The notes under the pieces were generated by a model. The model saw only the letters and a list, made by a program, of their open reading frames with translations. It was not told where the DNA came from and made no database searches. Positions 1-10,956 of a DNA stretch of 64,000 bases are shown here, piece by piece. A program made the translations under genes and the position numbers. Position 1 is the stretch's first letter. Every line of letters begins with the position of its first letter. This DNA comes from an uncultured Verrucomicrobiae bacterium (GTDB lineage: Bacteria; Verrucomicrobiota; Verrucomicrobiia; Limisphaerales; Palsa-1400): the NCBI GenBank assembly GCA_963702845.1, contig OY969763.1:384001-448000 (forward strand), read 5' to 3'.

Positions 1-1
1 A

Positions 2-2950
2 TTGTTCGTTCATCACACGCCGGATTTCAGTGTTTTTACGGATGACAACGGCGTGGGCAAAGAGCGTAAGGATTTGTTCACTACCAACCCCGATCCGAAT
101 CTAAAAGGCACCGGTTTCAACGACCACATTCCATCGAACATACGCTTGGGCATGGACGGCTGGTTTTACATGAGCACCGGGGACAAGGGCATTTATGGCG
201 CGGTAGGAAAAGACGGCAGCAAAGTGAATCTACAGGGTGGGGGAGTCATGCGCTTTCGTCCCGACGGAACCCACCTGGAGATTTATGCGAATGGAACGCG
301 CAATCATTTGGATGTCGCGATCAACGCCGAGGACGAAATTTTCACTTACGATAATACTGATGACGGCCTCGGTTGGTGGACCCGTGTGACGCATATGGTG
401 GACGGCGGCTATTATGGTTATCCCTACGATTATAAAACCCGGCAGCCTTATACGCTTTGGATGATTGGAGATTACGGCGGTGGATCGCCCACTGGCGCGA
501 TGGCCTACAACGAGGATGCTTTGCCCGAAGAATATCGCGGCAATTTGTTCCTTTGCGACTGGGGCCGAAGCCAGTTACTTCGCCTCCGCGTTTCGCGCGA
601 GGGTGGATCTTACAAGATTGATTCGCGGGTTAAAACTAATGGGCTGGATTTCCTTAGCCAGGGCGACAAGCCGTTCCGGCCTGTTGGGATTGCGGTCGCG
701 CCCGATGGTCTGAGTTTTTACGTTGCCGATTGGAATTTCACTGGCTGGAGAAAAAACGAGACTGCCGGGCGTTTGTTGAAGGTGACTTACACGGGTCCAA
801 GCCAGGGCACACCCAAGCCCGAGTGGTTCGTTCCGGCTGCGATGGGGAAATCATTTCAAGCAAGCAACGATGAATTGATCGCCGGGTTGAGACATCCCGC
901 TCAAAGTGTGCGGATGGTGGCGCAGCGCCGGCTTGCCGAACGCGGACAGGCCGTGGCACCTGCACTCACTGCGTTGCTCGCGGATGCTAAGGCACCGGCT
1001 TACTCGCGTTGGCATGCGATTTGGACTTTGGATGCTTTGGACGGCGGCACGGGTGCCCGGCAGGAAATTATTGCGGTTGCTGGTGGCGATCCAGATGTAT
1101 CGGTTCGCGCGCAGGCGATTCGCCAGTTGGGAACAGCGCGAGCGCGTGACGCGGTGAAAACGTTGAGCGGCGCGCTTAAGGATTCAAATCTTGAAATTCG
1201 TTTTCGCGCGGCAACGGCGTTGGGGCGCATCGGTGATATTGCGGCAGTGCCCGATTTGATTTCCGCGCTCGACGAAAGAGATTTGTTCACGCGCTATTCG
1301 GTTTTTACGGCGTTGAACCGGATTGGGAAGTCAGACACGAATTCATGGACCGCGATTGCAGCCGGGTTGCAAAGCACCAATGCAACAGTGCGTCAGGGGA
1401 CGTTGTTCGCGATGCGCGAAACTTACGATGACCAAAACGTTAAGGCGCTCGCCGCATTCGTCGCATCAATGCAGTGGCCTGCCGAATCTCGCGCACAGGT
1501 GTTAACGAACCTCGCTGAGTTGCATCGCCAACGTCCGGCTTGGACCGGCGGTTGGTGGTTAACTCAGCCGGCGAATGCCGCACCGCCCGCAAAGACTGTG
1601 CAATGGGCCGGAACTCCGAGCGTCATGGCCAGCCTCACCAACGCCCTGAAGGATACTCAAATAGCAGTGCGGCGTGCTTCCCTCGAGGCATTGGCATTGG
1701 TTGGCGAGGCCAATGTTACCGGTGCGGTTTGCGAAATGTATCCGAGTGAAGGCACGGAGTTGAAACGCGCGATCCTTAAAACTCTCGGCGGTTTGGGTGG
1801 AACGAATTCTGGCGCGTTGGTCGCTGAAATTTTGGCGGATCCAGCGAAAAATTCGGACGTGTTGCCGGACGCGATCGATGCTGCGGGTCGCATCAAGGTG
1901 AAGGCTTCGACTGCGGCGCTGATCAATCTCGCTTCGGTCACGAAGGATAACGGGACGACGATCCTGATCCTGCACGCTTTGGGTGAGGCGAGATCAGCCG
2001 ACGCCGTTAGCGTCGTCGCGAAAATGCTTCGGCATTCGGATTCGAAAGTTCGCCACGATGCCGCCGAGGCGCTGGCTTCCATTGGAGGTATGGCTGCACT
2101 CGACGCCGTCACCGCGTTGCTTTCGGATGCGGATAAAGATTGCCGTCACGCTGCAATCACCGCGGCCGGCCTCTTGAAAGACAAACGGATTGTGCCGCAA
2201 CTTCTGGAATCGTATCAAACAACGGAATACAAAGCCGATGCCCTTGAGGCGCTGACCAAGCTTCCAGACGTAAATGCGTTGAGCGCTTATCTCGATGGCC
2301 TCAACAGTCCCACTGATGCGGTGCGCAACAACTGCCGCACTGCGATTGAAAGAATTCGCGAAACTGTATTGAGTGTGATCGAGGAAAAAGATCGCACCAA
2401 GCCGTTCACCGGCCAGGCACGCGCAGCTTTGCAACGGGTTTACAATTATAGTGAAGCCGCGAAAAAGGGTCCGTTGTTTAAAGGCGCATTGAAAGTTGAA
2501 GCCTATGTCAACTTCGCAGAGAAAACACACGGCGATGCCGTCCGCGGCCAAAAGGTTTTTGGCGGGCCGGTCGGTTGCGTAACGTGTCATCGCATCGACG
2601 GCAAGGGCGGCGAGGTCGGTCCGGAACTCACCGGCGTGGCAGCGAAATATAATCGCACTTTCCTGGTGGAATCGGTTCTATACCCATCAAAACAAATCCT
2701 CGACGGCTACCATAGCACGGTCATCACTACGAAAGATGATGAGTCCTACACCGGTTTTGTTCGCGCCGAGAATTCGCGCGAGTTGACTCTGCTGCAAGGC
2801 TCCGGCGAAAAGCGCGTCATCAAGAAAAATCAAATTGTGACGCGTGCTGAGGGTAAGCTGTCGGTCATGCCAGAAGGTTTGCAGGCGGCGATGTCATTGT
2901 CTGATTTTGCCGACCTTGTCGCTTACCTCGAATCGTTGAAGGAAAAATAA
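2..2950 (+). CDS. PVC-type membrane-bound dehydrogenase domain protein with HEAT repeats and C-terminal cytochrome c (5' partial)
   Basis: Sorbosone-dehydrogenase-like beta-propeller (GMDGWFYMSTGD, RPVGIAVAPDG), HEAT-like repeats, heme motif CVTCH, then GPELT and SVMPEGL. ORF runs off the left edge. Confidence 0.8.
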   Translation: MFVHHTPDFSVFTDDNGVGKERKDLFTTNPDPNLKGTGFNDHIPSNIRLGMDGWFYMSTGDKGIYGAVGKDGSKVNLQGGGVMRFRPDGTHLEIYANGTRNHLDVAINAEDEIFTYDNTDDGLGWWTRVTHMVDGGYYGYPYDYKTRQPYTLWMIGDYGGGSPTGAMAYNEDALPEEYRGNLFLCDWGRSQLLRLRVSREGGSYKIDSRVKTNGLDFLSQGDKPFRPVGIAVAPDGLSFYVADWNFTGWRKNETAGRLLKVTYTGPSQGTPKPEWFVPAAMGKSFQASNDELIAGLRHPAQSVRMVAQRRLAERGQAVAPALTALLADAKAPAYSRWHAIWTLDALDGGTGARQEIIAVAGGDPDVSVRAQAIRQLGTARARDAVKTLSGALKDSNLEIRFRAATALGRIGDIAAVPDLISALDERDLFTRYSVFTALNRIGKSDTNSWTAIAAGLQSTNATVRQGTLFAMRETYDDQNVKALAAFVASMQWPAESRAQVLTNLAELHRQRPAWTGGWWLTQPANAAPPAKTVQWAGTPSVMASLTNALKDTQIAVRRASLEALALVGEANVTGAVCEMYPSEGTELKRAILKTLGGLGGTNSGALVAEILADPAKNSDVLPDAIDAAGRIKVKASTAALINLASVTKDNGTTILILHALGEARSADAVSVVAKMLRHSDSKVRHDAAEALASIGGMAALDAVTALLSDADKDCRHAAITAAGLLKDKRIVPQLLESYQTTEYKADALEALTKLPDVNALSAYLDGLNSPTDAVRNNCRTAIERIRETVLSVIEEKDRTKPFTGQARAALQRVYNYSEAAKKGPLFKGALKVEAYVNFAEKTHGDAVRGQKVFGGPVGCVTCHRIDGKGGEVGPELTGVAAKYNRTFLVESVLYPSKQILDGYHSTVITTKDDESYTGFVRAENSRELTLLQGSGEKRVIKKNQIVTRAEGKLSVMPEGLQAAMSLSDFADLVAYLESLKEK

Positions 2951-3089
2951 AGACGGTCGCGGTGCATTCGGTCAGCCACTCGCCGCGTTTAAAATAGCCG
3001 GCCGTTTCACGCAAAGATACAAAGATGCAAAGGCGCGAGTTCCTCCTCTTGTCAGAAGCCTTGAAACCCGCGATTATATAGTGGAAAGA

Positions 3090-3335
3090 ATGAAGCCGAG
3101 TAAGATTCGTTTATTTGTTAAGCCGTGGTGCGGTTGGTGCCAGGAAGCGGAGGAATGGCTGGACGATCGTAAGATCGAATACGAAACCCTCGATGTCACC
3201 AATGATCGTGCGGCGCGCCAGGAGATGTTGGAGCTTTCCGGCCAGACGCTCGCGCCCGTCATTGAAGTCGATGGCGAGATTCTAGCTGACTTTGATACGG
3301 GGCAACTGGCAAAGTTTTGGCAGAAATTTGAATGA
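3090..3335 (+). CDS. Glutaredoxin family protein
   Basis: CGWC motif, SGQTLAPVIEVDG. Overlaps the lipA start (ATGA). Confidence 0.8.
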   Translation: MKPSKIRLFVKPWCGWCQEAEEWLDDRKIEYETLDVTNDRAARQEMLELSGQTLAPVIEVDGEILADFDTGQLAKFWQKFE

Positions 3336-4213
3336 CCTCCGCGCCCACACAACCACCTCGTCCGCGCCTTCCCGAATGGCTGCGCATCAAACTGCCGACC
3401 AACGATACTTACGCCCGCACGCGCTCTTTGCTCGATGAACTGAAACTGCACACGGTTTGCGAAAGTGCCAAGTGTCCGAATCACTGGGAATGTTGGGCCA
3501 AAGGAACGGCGACTTTCATGATCGCGGGCGACCATTGCACGCGAGCTTGTAAGTTCTGCGCCGTCAGCACGGCGAAGCCGCTGCCTTTGGAAATCGACGA
3601 ACCTGACCGCGTAGCCGAAGCAACTCAGCGGATGGGGCTCAAACACGTGGTCATCACGGCGGTCGCTCGCGACGATATTGCGGATGGAGGTGCGGACCAT
3701 TTTCGTCAGACCATCGAACGCGTGCGCGAACTGAATCCCGGAATCGTCATTGAAGTGCTCGTGCCGGATTTTCTGGATCGCGATGAATCGATTCGCACCG
3801 TTCTCACCGCGAATCCGCATATATATAATCACAATTTGGAAACCGTTCGGCGGTTGACGCCGTCGGTGCGACATCGGGCCACGTACGACCGATCGTTGAG
3901 CGTGCTGCGCAAAGTGAAAGACTGGCGCGGTGATTCGATTTATACAAAGTCAGGCATCATGCTCGGGCTTGGCGAGACCGAACCGGAAATTGATCAAGCA
4001 ATGCGCGATTTGCGCGGGAGCGGGTGCAACATTTTGACGTTGGGCCAGTATCTTCAACCGACGCTGGCGCATTTGCCGGTGACGGAATTTGTCAGCCCGG
4101 CAAAATTCGCGGACTACAAGGCCAAGGCGGAGGCAATGGGTTTCGTCCACGTTGCCGCTGGACCGATGGTTCGCAGTTCTTATCACGCGGACGAATTCAG
4201 GTTGCCTGGGTAG
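3332..4213 (+). CDS. lipA: Lipoyl synthase
   Basis: CESAKCPNHWECW auxiliary cluster motif, CTRACKFC radical SAM motif, C-terminal VRSSYHA. Confidence 0.97.
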   Translation: MTSAPTQPPRPRLPEWLRIKLPTNDTYARTRSLLDELKLHTVCESAKCPNHWECWAKGTATFMIAGDHCTRACKFCAVSTAKPLPLEIDEPDRVAEATQRMGLKHVVITAVARDDIADGGADHFRQTIERVRELNPGIVIEVLVPDFLDRDESIRTVLTANPHIYNHNLETVRRLTPSVRHRATYDRSLSVLRKVKDWRGDSIYTKSGIMLGLGETEPEIDQAMRDLRGSGCNILTLGQYLQPTLAHLPVTEFVSPAKFADYKAKAEAMGFVHVAAGPMVRSSYHADEFRLPG

Positions 4214-4428
4214 TCCGCGCGCTGCGCCGTTTGCTCGTTCTAGTTTTCCCGTTTAAGTAACCCTGTCTGCTCGCTGTAAGAGGCTTAACTGCAGCATCTT
4301 GCAGACAGCTTCGTTCCCCCGCGATGCGTCGCCTTTTGTAAAGCATTCTCGGCGCCTGTAGAGAATGGCATTCCCCCTGCTAATTGTTTGTCAAGAAACG
4401 GTGCAGCTACTGAGCGGGTACGAATGCT

Positions 4429-5883
4429 ATGGTTTTCAGTTCTACAATTTTTTTATTTTTATTTTTGCCGGTTGTTTTGACGCTTTATGGAGTCTTTCCA
4501 AGTCTCCGCGTCAAAAACCTGTGGCTTGTGCTCATCAGCATCGTCTTCTACGCATGGGGCGATATTGGATTTCTTCCTGTTTTGCTCGGCTCGATTTTTC
4601 TTAATTACATTTTCGGATTACTTCTCGATCGCGAGAATCGCCCGACCCGCAGAAAGATTATTCTGATAGCTGCACTCGTTCTAAATATTGGGCTTCTTTG
4701 TTGTTTTAAATATCTCAATTTGGTTGGAGAGACCTTCAATACTCTCCGTGTCGTTTATCATTTAGCACCTGTTCAATGGCAAGCGGTCCAATTGCCAATT
4801 GGCATTTCGTTTTTAACGTTCCATGCAATCTCCTATGTAATGGATGTCTATCGTCGCAAAAGTAATGCGGCCCGCAATCCATCTTCTGTAGCTCTTTACA
4901 TTCTATTCTTCCCGCAGCTTATTGCCGGGCCAATTCTTCGTTGGAGCGCTATTGCACCGCAAATCGCATCCCGATGCGCAACGCGGGCCAAATTCGCCGA
5001 AGGAATTCGTCGGTTTGGCTACGGTTTCGCGAAAAAAATGCTTATCGCGAACGCTGTTGCGCTGCCGGCCAACAAAATCTTTGCTTTGCCCACATCGGAG
5101 CTTTCGCCTGCATTAGCGTGGTTTGGCGCATTATGTTACACGTTGCAGATTTATTATGATTTCTCGGGTTACTCGGACATGGCGATCGGGATGGGGAAAA
5201 TGTTTGGATTCGATTTCATAGAGAACTTCAATTTCCCGTACATCGCGCAATCGATTCAGGATTTCTGGCGGCGCTGGCATATTTCGCTTTCCAGTTGGTT
5301 TCGAGATTATCTATACATCCCGCTTGGTGGAAATCGTTGTTCCAAGATGCGGAACTTTCTCAATCTCGTGCTCGTCTTCTTTCTTTGCGGGTTGTGGCAT
5401 GGAGCCAGTTTGACGTTTGTGATATGGGGCCTTTATCACGGAATTTTTCTGGTGCTGGAACGAACACGTTGGGGTGCATTCATCGCATCACTGTCCAGTC
5501 CGTTTCGGCATTTTTATGCGCTGTTGATCGTCACGATTGGCTGGGTCTTTTTCCGCGCTGCTACGTTCGGGGGAGCGGTTATGTTCTTGGGTTTTATGTT
5601 TGGCTTCCGGCAGGTCTCCGTAACCAGCCGATCAGTGAATATGCATCTTACGCATCAAGTGGCCTGGGCAATCGTGATTGGAATCCTGTTTTCGATGCCG
5701 GTCTATTCCTGGCTGAAAGAAAAGTGGAACGGCCTTGCAACGAAGCTGCCCGCGAAGACCGAAGTAGCAGCTCAAAGCTTTGGTTTAGTCGCGGAACCTG
5801 TGCTCCTCATTGTGATACTTGTTATGTCCGCGGTGTGGCTTGCCGGGGGAACTTATAATCCTTTTATCTACTTTAAATTTTGA
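4429..5883 (+). CDS. MBOAT family O-acyltransferase (AlgI/DltB-like)
   Basis: LPIGISFLTFHAISY, FPQLIAGPI, DFSGYSDMAIG, FWRRWHISLS, GLWHGA, NPFIYF. Confidence 0.92.
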   Translation: MVFSSTIFLFLFLPVVLTLYGVFPSLRVKNLWLVLISIVFYAWGDIGFLPVLLGSIFLNYIFGLLLDRENRPTRRKIILIAALVLNIGLLCCFKYLNLVGETFNTLRVVYHLAPVQWQAVQLPIGISFLTFHAISYVMDVYRRKSNAARNPSSVALYILFFPQLIAGPILRWSAIAPQIASRCATRAKFAEGIRRFGYGFAKKMLIANAVALPANKIFALPTSELSPALAWFGALCYTLQIYYDFSGYSDMAIGMGKMFGFDFIENFNFPYIAQSIQDFWRRWHISLSSWFRDYLYIPLGGNRCSKMRNFLNLVLVFFLCGLWHGASLTFVIWGLYHGIFLVLERTRWGAFIASLSSPFRHFYALLIVTIGWVFFRAATFGGAVMFLGFMFGFRQVSVTSRSVNMHLTHQVAWAIVIGILFSMPVYSWLKEKWNGLATKLPAKTEVAAQSFGLVAEPVLLIVILVMSAVWLAGGTYNPFIYFKF

Positions 5884-7034
5884 GCGACGAATCAACATCT
5901 CATTTATTGGAGAAACGGCGCTCCGTCGTGACGATCGTATTTGTTGCGATCTTTTTTATTTTTCTATGGCTGCCGACAATGGACGTGCTCTTTTATCAGG
6001 ACAAGGTTCCGCAAGTGAACGAAAAGCGTGTCTTGGCTCGTTTTCCAGTCTTTGGATCAGGCATCTCGGGGATGCGGCACTTCATCACTGGCTTAGAAGG
6101 ATACTACAATGACCATTTTGGCTTTCGGAAGCGGCTAATCTATTGGGGAGAACGTTGGCGGCTGAGTTGGTTTAATGAATCACCGACTGGCAATGTCATG
6201 GTGGGCCAGAACGGATGGTTGTACTACCAGGACGATCAATCTGTGGCCGACATGCGTCGGGCAAGCTCGTTCAGTGTCAAACAGCTTCAGGCCTGGAAAT
6301 CTCTTCTGGAAAATCGACGCTATTGGCTGGCTAAACGTGGCATTCACTATGTTTTTGTTGTTCCACCTGACAAACACAACGTCTACCCGGAATATCTTCC
6401 CGATTGGATCAAGCCTGTCGGAACAGTCACTCGCCTGGACCAATTCATGGAGTACATGAAAAGAAACTCCACTGTTTCGGTTCTCGATTTGCGTCAGCCG
6501 CTTTTACACGCGAAACGAAATGGGGTTATTTATTTTCAAACCGATACGCATTGGAATGAGCAGGGTGGATTCGTCGGTTACCAGGAGTTAATCCATTCAC
6601 TTTCGGCTCAGATGCCGGGAATCAAACCTCTCCCGATGACCGCTTTTGACATCGCAACCAATTCGCAACCCGGCGGCAATCTTGCCTCCATGCTCGCTCA
6701 AGATAAATTGGTGACGGAAAAATATGGGGCGACCTTTTCAGCCCGCCCTCCGCTTCAGCAGCTGGTATTACACAAAAATAGTTCGGGCGTTGCAACCCTT
6801 TCCAGCACCAATTCTAATGCGACCGGGAAAGCGGTTGTTTTTCGTGATTCATATTCGGAAGCCTGGGCTCCTTTCATCGGCTACCATTTCAACGAGGTCA
6901 TCTACCGGTGGCAATATAGATGGGATTGTTCGCTTATTGAAAAAGAGAAGCCGATTGTCGTTATTGATGAATTGTTGGAACATTATTTCTACCAACAAAA
7001 CCCAGAGACGCTCGCTTCCAAGGAACGAATATAG
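5880..7034 (+). CDS. AlgJ/AlgX-like polysaccharide O-acetyltransferase
   Basis: N-terminal TM helix, DHFGFR, GQNGWLY, PDKHNVYPE, catalytic DTHW and RDSY. Translationally coupled to the MBOAT gene. Confidence 0.85.
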   Translation: MSDESTSHLLEKRRSVVTIVFVAIFFIFLWLPTMDVLFYQDKVPQVNEKRVLARFPVFGSGISGMRHFITGLEGYYNDHFGFRKRLIYWGERWRLSWFNESPTGNVMVGQNGWLYYQDDQSVADMRRASSFSVKQLQAWKSLLENRRYWLAKRGIHYVFVVPPDKHNVYPEYLPDWIKPVGTVTRLDQFMEYMKRNSTVSVLDLRQPLLHAKRNGVIYFQTDTHWNEQGGFVGYQELIHSLSAQMPGIKPLPMTAFDIATNSQPGGNLASMLAQDKLVTEKYGATFSARPPLQQLVLHKNSSGVATLSSTNSNATGKAVVFRDSYSEAWAPFIGYHFNEVIYRWQYRWDCSLIEKEKPIVVIDELLEHYFYQQNPETLASKERI

Positions 7035-7094
7035 GTCCTCGACTTCTCTATCGTAACTTTCGCCGTCCGTGGTTATATTGCTCGTTCTAAAACG

Positions 7095-8396
7095 GTGAAC
7101 GTTACACACAGAACATCTCAGTTGCGCGACCTGGACTATTCCGTCGTTCAACAATGTATGCATTGCGGACTATGCCTTCCCACCTGCCCGACATACGACG
7201 CGACCAAGCTCGAACGCAATAGTCCTCGAGGCCGCATTTCATTGATGCGCGCGATTGCCGATGGCCGGCTCGAAGCGACCAAAGCGTTCGCCGACGAAAT
7301 GTATTTCTGCCTCGGCTGCCTCGCGTGCATGACGGCGTGTCCAGCCGGCGTTAACTACGCTGAACTTTTTGAACACGCTCGCGCTGAGGCCGAAGAGAGT
7401 CGCGTGTTGAACAATCCCAAGCGCAGTTTCATCCGCGCGCTCACGTTGCGCTGGCTGTTTTTCGACATGGGCCGGTTGCAGTTGCTCGGGGCGGCCATTC
7501 GACTGTATCAGCAACTCGGATTGCAGTCTTTGCTTCGCAACAGCGGCGTTTTGAATTTGCTACCGAAACGCATGCGCGAGTTGGAAGCGATGACGCCCGC
7601 CATTCAACCGCAGTTTTCATCAGAGCTGATTGCTCCCCTCACACACGCCAGCGGTGAAAAAAAATATCGCGTTGCAGTGCTGACCGGTTGCGCGCAGGAC
7701 CTGATGTTCAGCAACGTGAACCGCGACACGGTGGAAGTGCTTTCGCGGAACGGCTGCGAAGTTGTGACGCCGGCGGAGCAAAACTGCTGTGGCTCTTTGC
7801 ACGCGCACAATGGCGAATTGGAAATGGCCCGCGCGCTCGCTCGCAAAAATATTGAGCAATTTCCGCCCGACAAGTTCGACGCCATCATCACTAACGCCGC
7901 TGGTTGCGGTTCGCATCTTAAGCATTACTCGCATTTGCTCGGGGAAGATTCGCATTACGCCGATCGCGCGAAAGCATGGGACAAAAAGCTGAAGGACGTC
8001 CACGAATGGCTCGCGCAAATAGGCATCCAAACTCCCCCGCAACGCGAAGTGCAGACGGTAACCTATCACGAGGCCTGCCATTTGTGCCACGGGCAAAAAA
8101 TCACTGCGCAACCGCGTCAGGTATTGAAATCCATTCCAAATTTAAAACTGGTTGAGCTTCCTGAAAGCAATTGGTGTTGCGGCAGCGCGGGTATTTACAA
8201 TTTGCTCCAGCCCGAAATGGCCAATCAACTTCTCGACCGCAAACTCGGCCACATCAAAACGACCAAGGCGCGGATCGTCGCGAGCGCGAATCCCGGCTGC
8301 CTAGCGCACATGGTCAACGGTGTGCGTCGCCACGAAATGTCGGTGCGTCTCGTCCACCCTATTACGCTTCTTGCCGAAGCGTATCGCGGCGAGTAG
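7095..8396 (+). CDS. Fe-S oxidoreductase, glycolate oxidase iron-sulfur subunit GlcF-like
   Basis: Two CxxCxxCxxxCP ferredoxin motifs and two CCG domains. Confidence 0.85.
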   Translation: MNVTHRTSQLRDLDYSVVQQCMHCGLCLPTCPTYDATKLERNSPRGRISLMRAIADGRLEATKAFADEMYFCLGCLACMTACPAGVNYAELFEHARAEAEESRVLNNPKRSFIRALTLRWLFFDMGRLQLLGAAIRLYQQLGLQSLLRNSGVLNLLPKRMRELEAMTPAIQPQFSSELIAPLTHASGEKKYRVAVLTGCAQDLMFSNVNRDTVEVLSRNGCEVVTPAEQNCCGSLHAHNGELEMARALARKNIEQFPPDKFDAIITNAAGCGSHLKHYSHLLGEDSHYADRAKAWDKKLKDVHEWLAQIGIQTPPQREVQTVTYHEACHLCHGQKITAQPRQVLKSIPNLKLVELPESNWCCGSAGIYNLLQPEMANQLLDRKLGHIKTTKARIVASANPGCLAHMVNGVRRHEMSVRLVHPITLLAEAYRGE

Positions 8397-8490
8397 CCCG
8401 ATTTGACCTCGGTCAACGCCGACCGTCCCGCAGCTAAATTAACTACGTTCCTCGTGTAACCGTACTGCCTCCGGCATCCTCTGTTACGCT

Positions 8491-10956
8491 GTGTATTGTC
8501 CGAAATCTGTGAAATCCATTTTCCTGACCTGTCTCGTCTGCGCATCTACCAATGCTGCCGAAACCAACGTCACTCGCGCCGCCACCAACTCCGTCAATTC
8601 CGCCGTCGTTCGCCAGAAACAGAACCTCGCCCCGAACGAAAATCTCCTGTTCAACGGCTGGGGCGTCACGCCCGCCGGCCAATCCGTTCCGGTCAGCGAC
8701 ATGCCGTTGAAGTTTGTTCTCTCGCCCGACGGCACGCGATTGCTCGCGAGCAGCGGCGGTTTTAACAACACCGGCCTGACGATTCTTGATACGGCGACGC
8801 ATCGCGTTACCCAATTCTTCCCGCTGAAAACCTGCTGGAACGGCCTCGCCTTCAGCAAAAACGGCCACCAGATTTACGTTTCCAGCGGCGCGTCCGGCGA
8901 AATTCACGTTTTTAACTACGACAAAGGAACCGCCACCTTCGCCAAAACCTACAAACCGATTCTCACCTTTCGCCAAACCTTCTTCACCGGCCTCGCCGTT
9001 CATCCGAGCACGGGCAAAATCTACATCTGCAACGAAGCCGCCCACGAAGTTCTCGTTCTCGATCCCAAAAATTTCCATCTCGAAGCCACCATCAGCGTTG
9101 GCGAATACCCGCACACGTGCGTGATGGGCGCCGACGGCGTTCATCTTTACGTGAGCAATTGGGGAAGTCGCACCATTAGCGTCATCGACACAAAAGAGAA
9201 TCGGCGTCTGCGCGATCTCGATGTCGACCTCCGTCCCAACGACATGGTCGTCGCGCGGGATGGCCGGATGTTTGTTGCGTGCGCGGGCGAGAATACCGTT
9301 CACGTCATCCAAACACTTACCGTCGAAAAATTCCGGATCGAAGCAAGCCGCAAAAAACGCCCGGTCGAAACCGCGCGCGAAATCATTTCGACCTCGCTCT
9401 ATCCCGACTCACCCGAAGGCAGCACGCCCGACGCGCTCGCGCTTTCGCCCGACGGCAAAACCCTCTTCATTGCCAACGCCGACAACAACAACGTCGCCGT
9501 CGTGAACATCAGCGATCCCGCCGCGTCGACCGTCGACGGTTTCATTCCCACCGGCTGGTATCCCACGGCACTGATTGTCAGTCCCGACAACAAAACGCTT
9601 TTCGTCGGCAACGGCAAAGGCCAACACTCGCGCGCGAACTATCCCGGGAAATTGAGCGCCCAGCGCGGCATCCGTAACGTTCTGTTCGATTACATCGGTA
9701 ACACCGTCGAGGGCTCCATTTCGTTTATCGATCGACCCAGCCCCGAACAAATGCGCGACTACACCGCTCAGGTCCAACGCAACTCGCCTTACACGCCCCA
9801 CAACCTTCGCGCCGCCCCCATCAAAAGCCACAGCGTCATACCTGACCACGTCGGCGCGCGCTGCCCGATCAAACACATTCTTTACATCATCAAAGAAAAT
9901 CGCACCTACGACCAGGTCTTCGGCGATTTCAAAGACGCCACCGGCAAACCCGCCGGCAACGGCGATCCTCGCCTCACCATTTATGGCGACGCTGTGAGTC
10001 CGAACCACCACCAACTCGCTCGCGACTACGTCCTCTTCGACAATCTTTACTGCAATGGCGAAGTCAGCATGGACGGCCATAGCTGGTGCGACGCCGCCAT
10101 GGCCACCGACTACAAACAACGCTGCTGGATGGTCAGCTACTCCCGACACGGCTGGCTTCCCGGCAACGAAGAAATGGAAGCCCCCGCCGCCGGGTTTTTC
10201 TGGGACCTTTGCCGCCGCGAAGGCCTCACGTTCCGCAACTACGGCGAAGGCGCAAAACGCGTACCGTCCGCCAATCGCGGCCACTGGCCGGGCGGTCGCG
10301 ACATGGACCGCGTCAAAGCCTGGATCGACGATCTCCACGCCGCCGAGAAAAAAGGTAATTTACCCGCGTTCACCATCATGTCCCTTGGCGAAGACCACAC
10401 CACCGGAACCAAACCCGGCACCTTCGCGCCTGAAGCCTGCGTCGCGAGCAACGATCTCGGTCTTGGCCGCATCGTCGAAGCCGCCAGCCGCAGCCGATTT
10501 TGGAATCAAATGGCCATCTTCGTCATCGAAGACGACGCGCAGAACGGCCCCGACCACGTCGACGCCCATCGCACCGTCGGCCTCGTCATCAGCCCCTGGT
10601 GCAAGCGCAACTTTGTCGACAGCACCATGTATTCGACCGCTAGCATGATCCGCACAATGGAATTGATCCTCGGCCTCCCGCCCATGACCCAATACGACGC
10701 TGGCGCCACACCCATGTTCAACGCCTTTCAAACCAACTCCATCCCGACGCCCTACACGCCGATCATGCCGCAAGTGAACATGCTCGCGAAGAATACAAAA
10801 AATTCGCCATTCGCCGCCGAATCCAAGCGAATGAACTTCAGCGAATACGACCTCGCCCCCGAAGACGAACTCAACCGCATCCTCTGGTACGCCGCCAAAG
10901 GAACCGACGCCAATTACCCAACGCCAATCCACCGTGCAATTCATCTAACACCGTGA
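8491..10956 (+). CDS. YncE/YVTN beta-propeller plus alkaline-phosphatase-like phosphoesterase
   Basis: Repeated SPDG propeller blades, IIKENRTYDQVFGD, EDDAQNGPDHVDAHR. Start uncertain. Confidence 0.85.
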   Translation: MYCPKSVKSIFLTCLVCASTNAAETNVTRAATNSVNSAVVRQKQNLAPNENLLFNGWGVTPAGQSVPVSDMPLKFVLSPDGTRLLASSGGFNNTGLTILDTATHRVTQFFPLKTCWNGLAFSKNGHQIYVSSGASGEIHVFNYDKGTATFAKTYKPILTFRQTFFTGLAVHPSTGKIYICNEAAHEVLVLDPKNFHLEATISVGEYPHTCVMGADGVHLYVSNWGSRTISVIDTKENRRLRDLDVDLRPNDMVVARDGRMFVACAGENTVHVIQTLTVEKFRIEASRKKRPVETAREIISTSLYPDSPEGSTPDALALSPDGKTLFIANADNNNVAVVNISDPAASTVDGFIPTGWYPTALIVSPDNKTLFVGNGKGQHSRANYPGKLSAQRGIRNVLFDYIGNTVEGSISFIDRPSPEQMRDYTAQVQRNSPYTPHNLRAAPIKSHSVIPDHVGARCPIKHILYIIKENRTYDQVFGDFKDATGKPAGNGDPRLTIYGDAVSPNHHQLARDYVLFDNLYCNGEVSMDGHSWCDAAMATDYKQRCWMVSYSRHGWLPGNEEMEAPAAGFFWDLCRREGLTFRNYGEGAKRVPSANRGHWPGGRDMDRVKAWIDDLHAAEKKGNLPAFTIMSLGEDHTTGTKPGTFAPEACVASNDLGLGRIVEAASRSRFWNQMAIFVIEDDAQNGPDHVDAHRTVGLVISPWCKRNFVDSTMYSTASMIRTMELILGLPPMTQYDAGATPMFNAFQTNSIPTPYTPIMPQVNMLAKNTKNSPFAAESKRMNFSEYDLAPEDELNRILWYAAKGTDANYPTPIHRAIHLTP

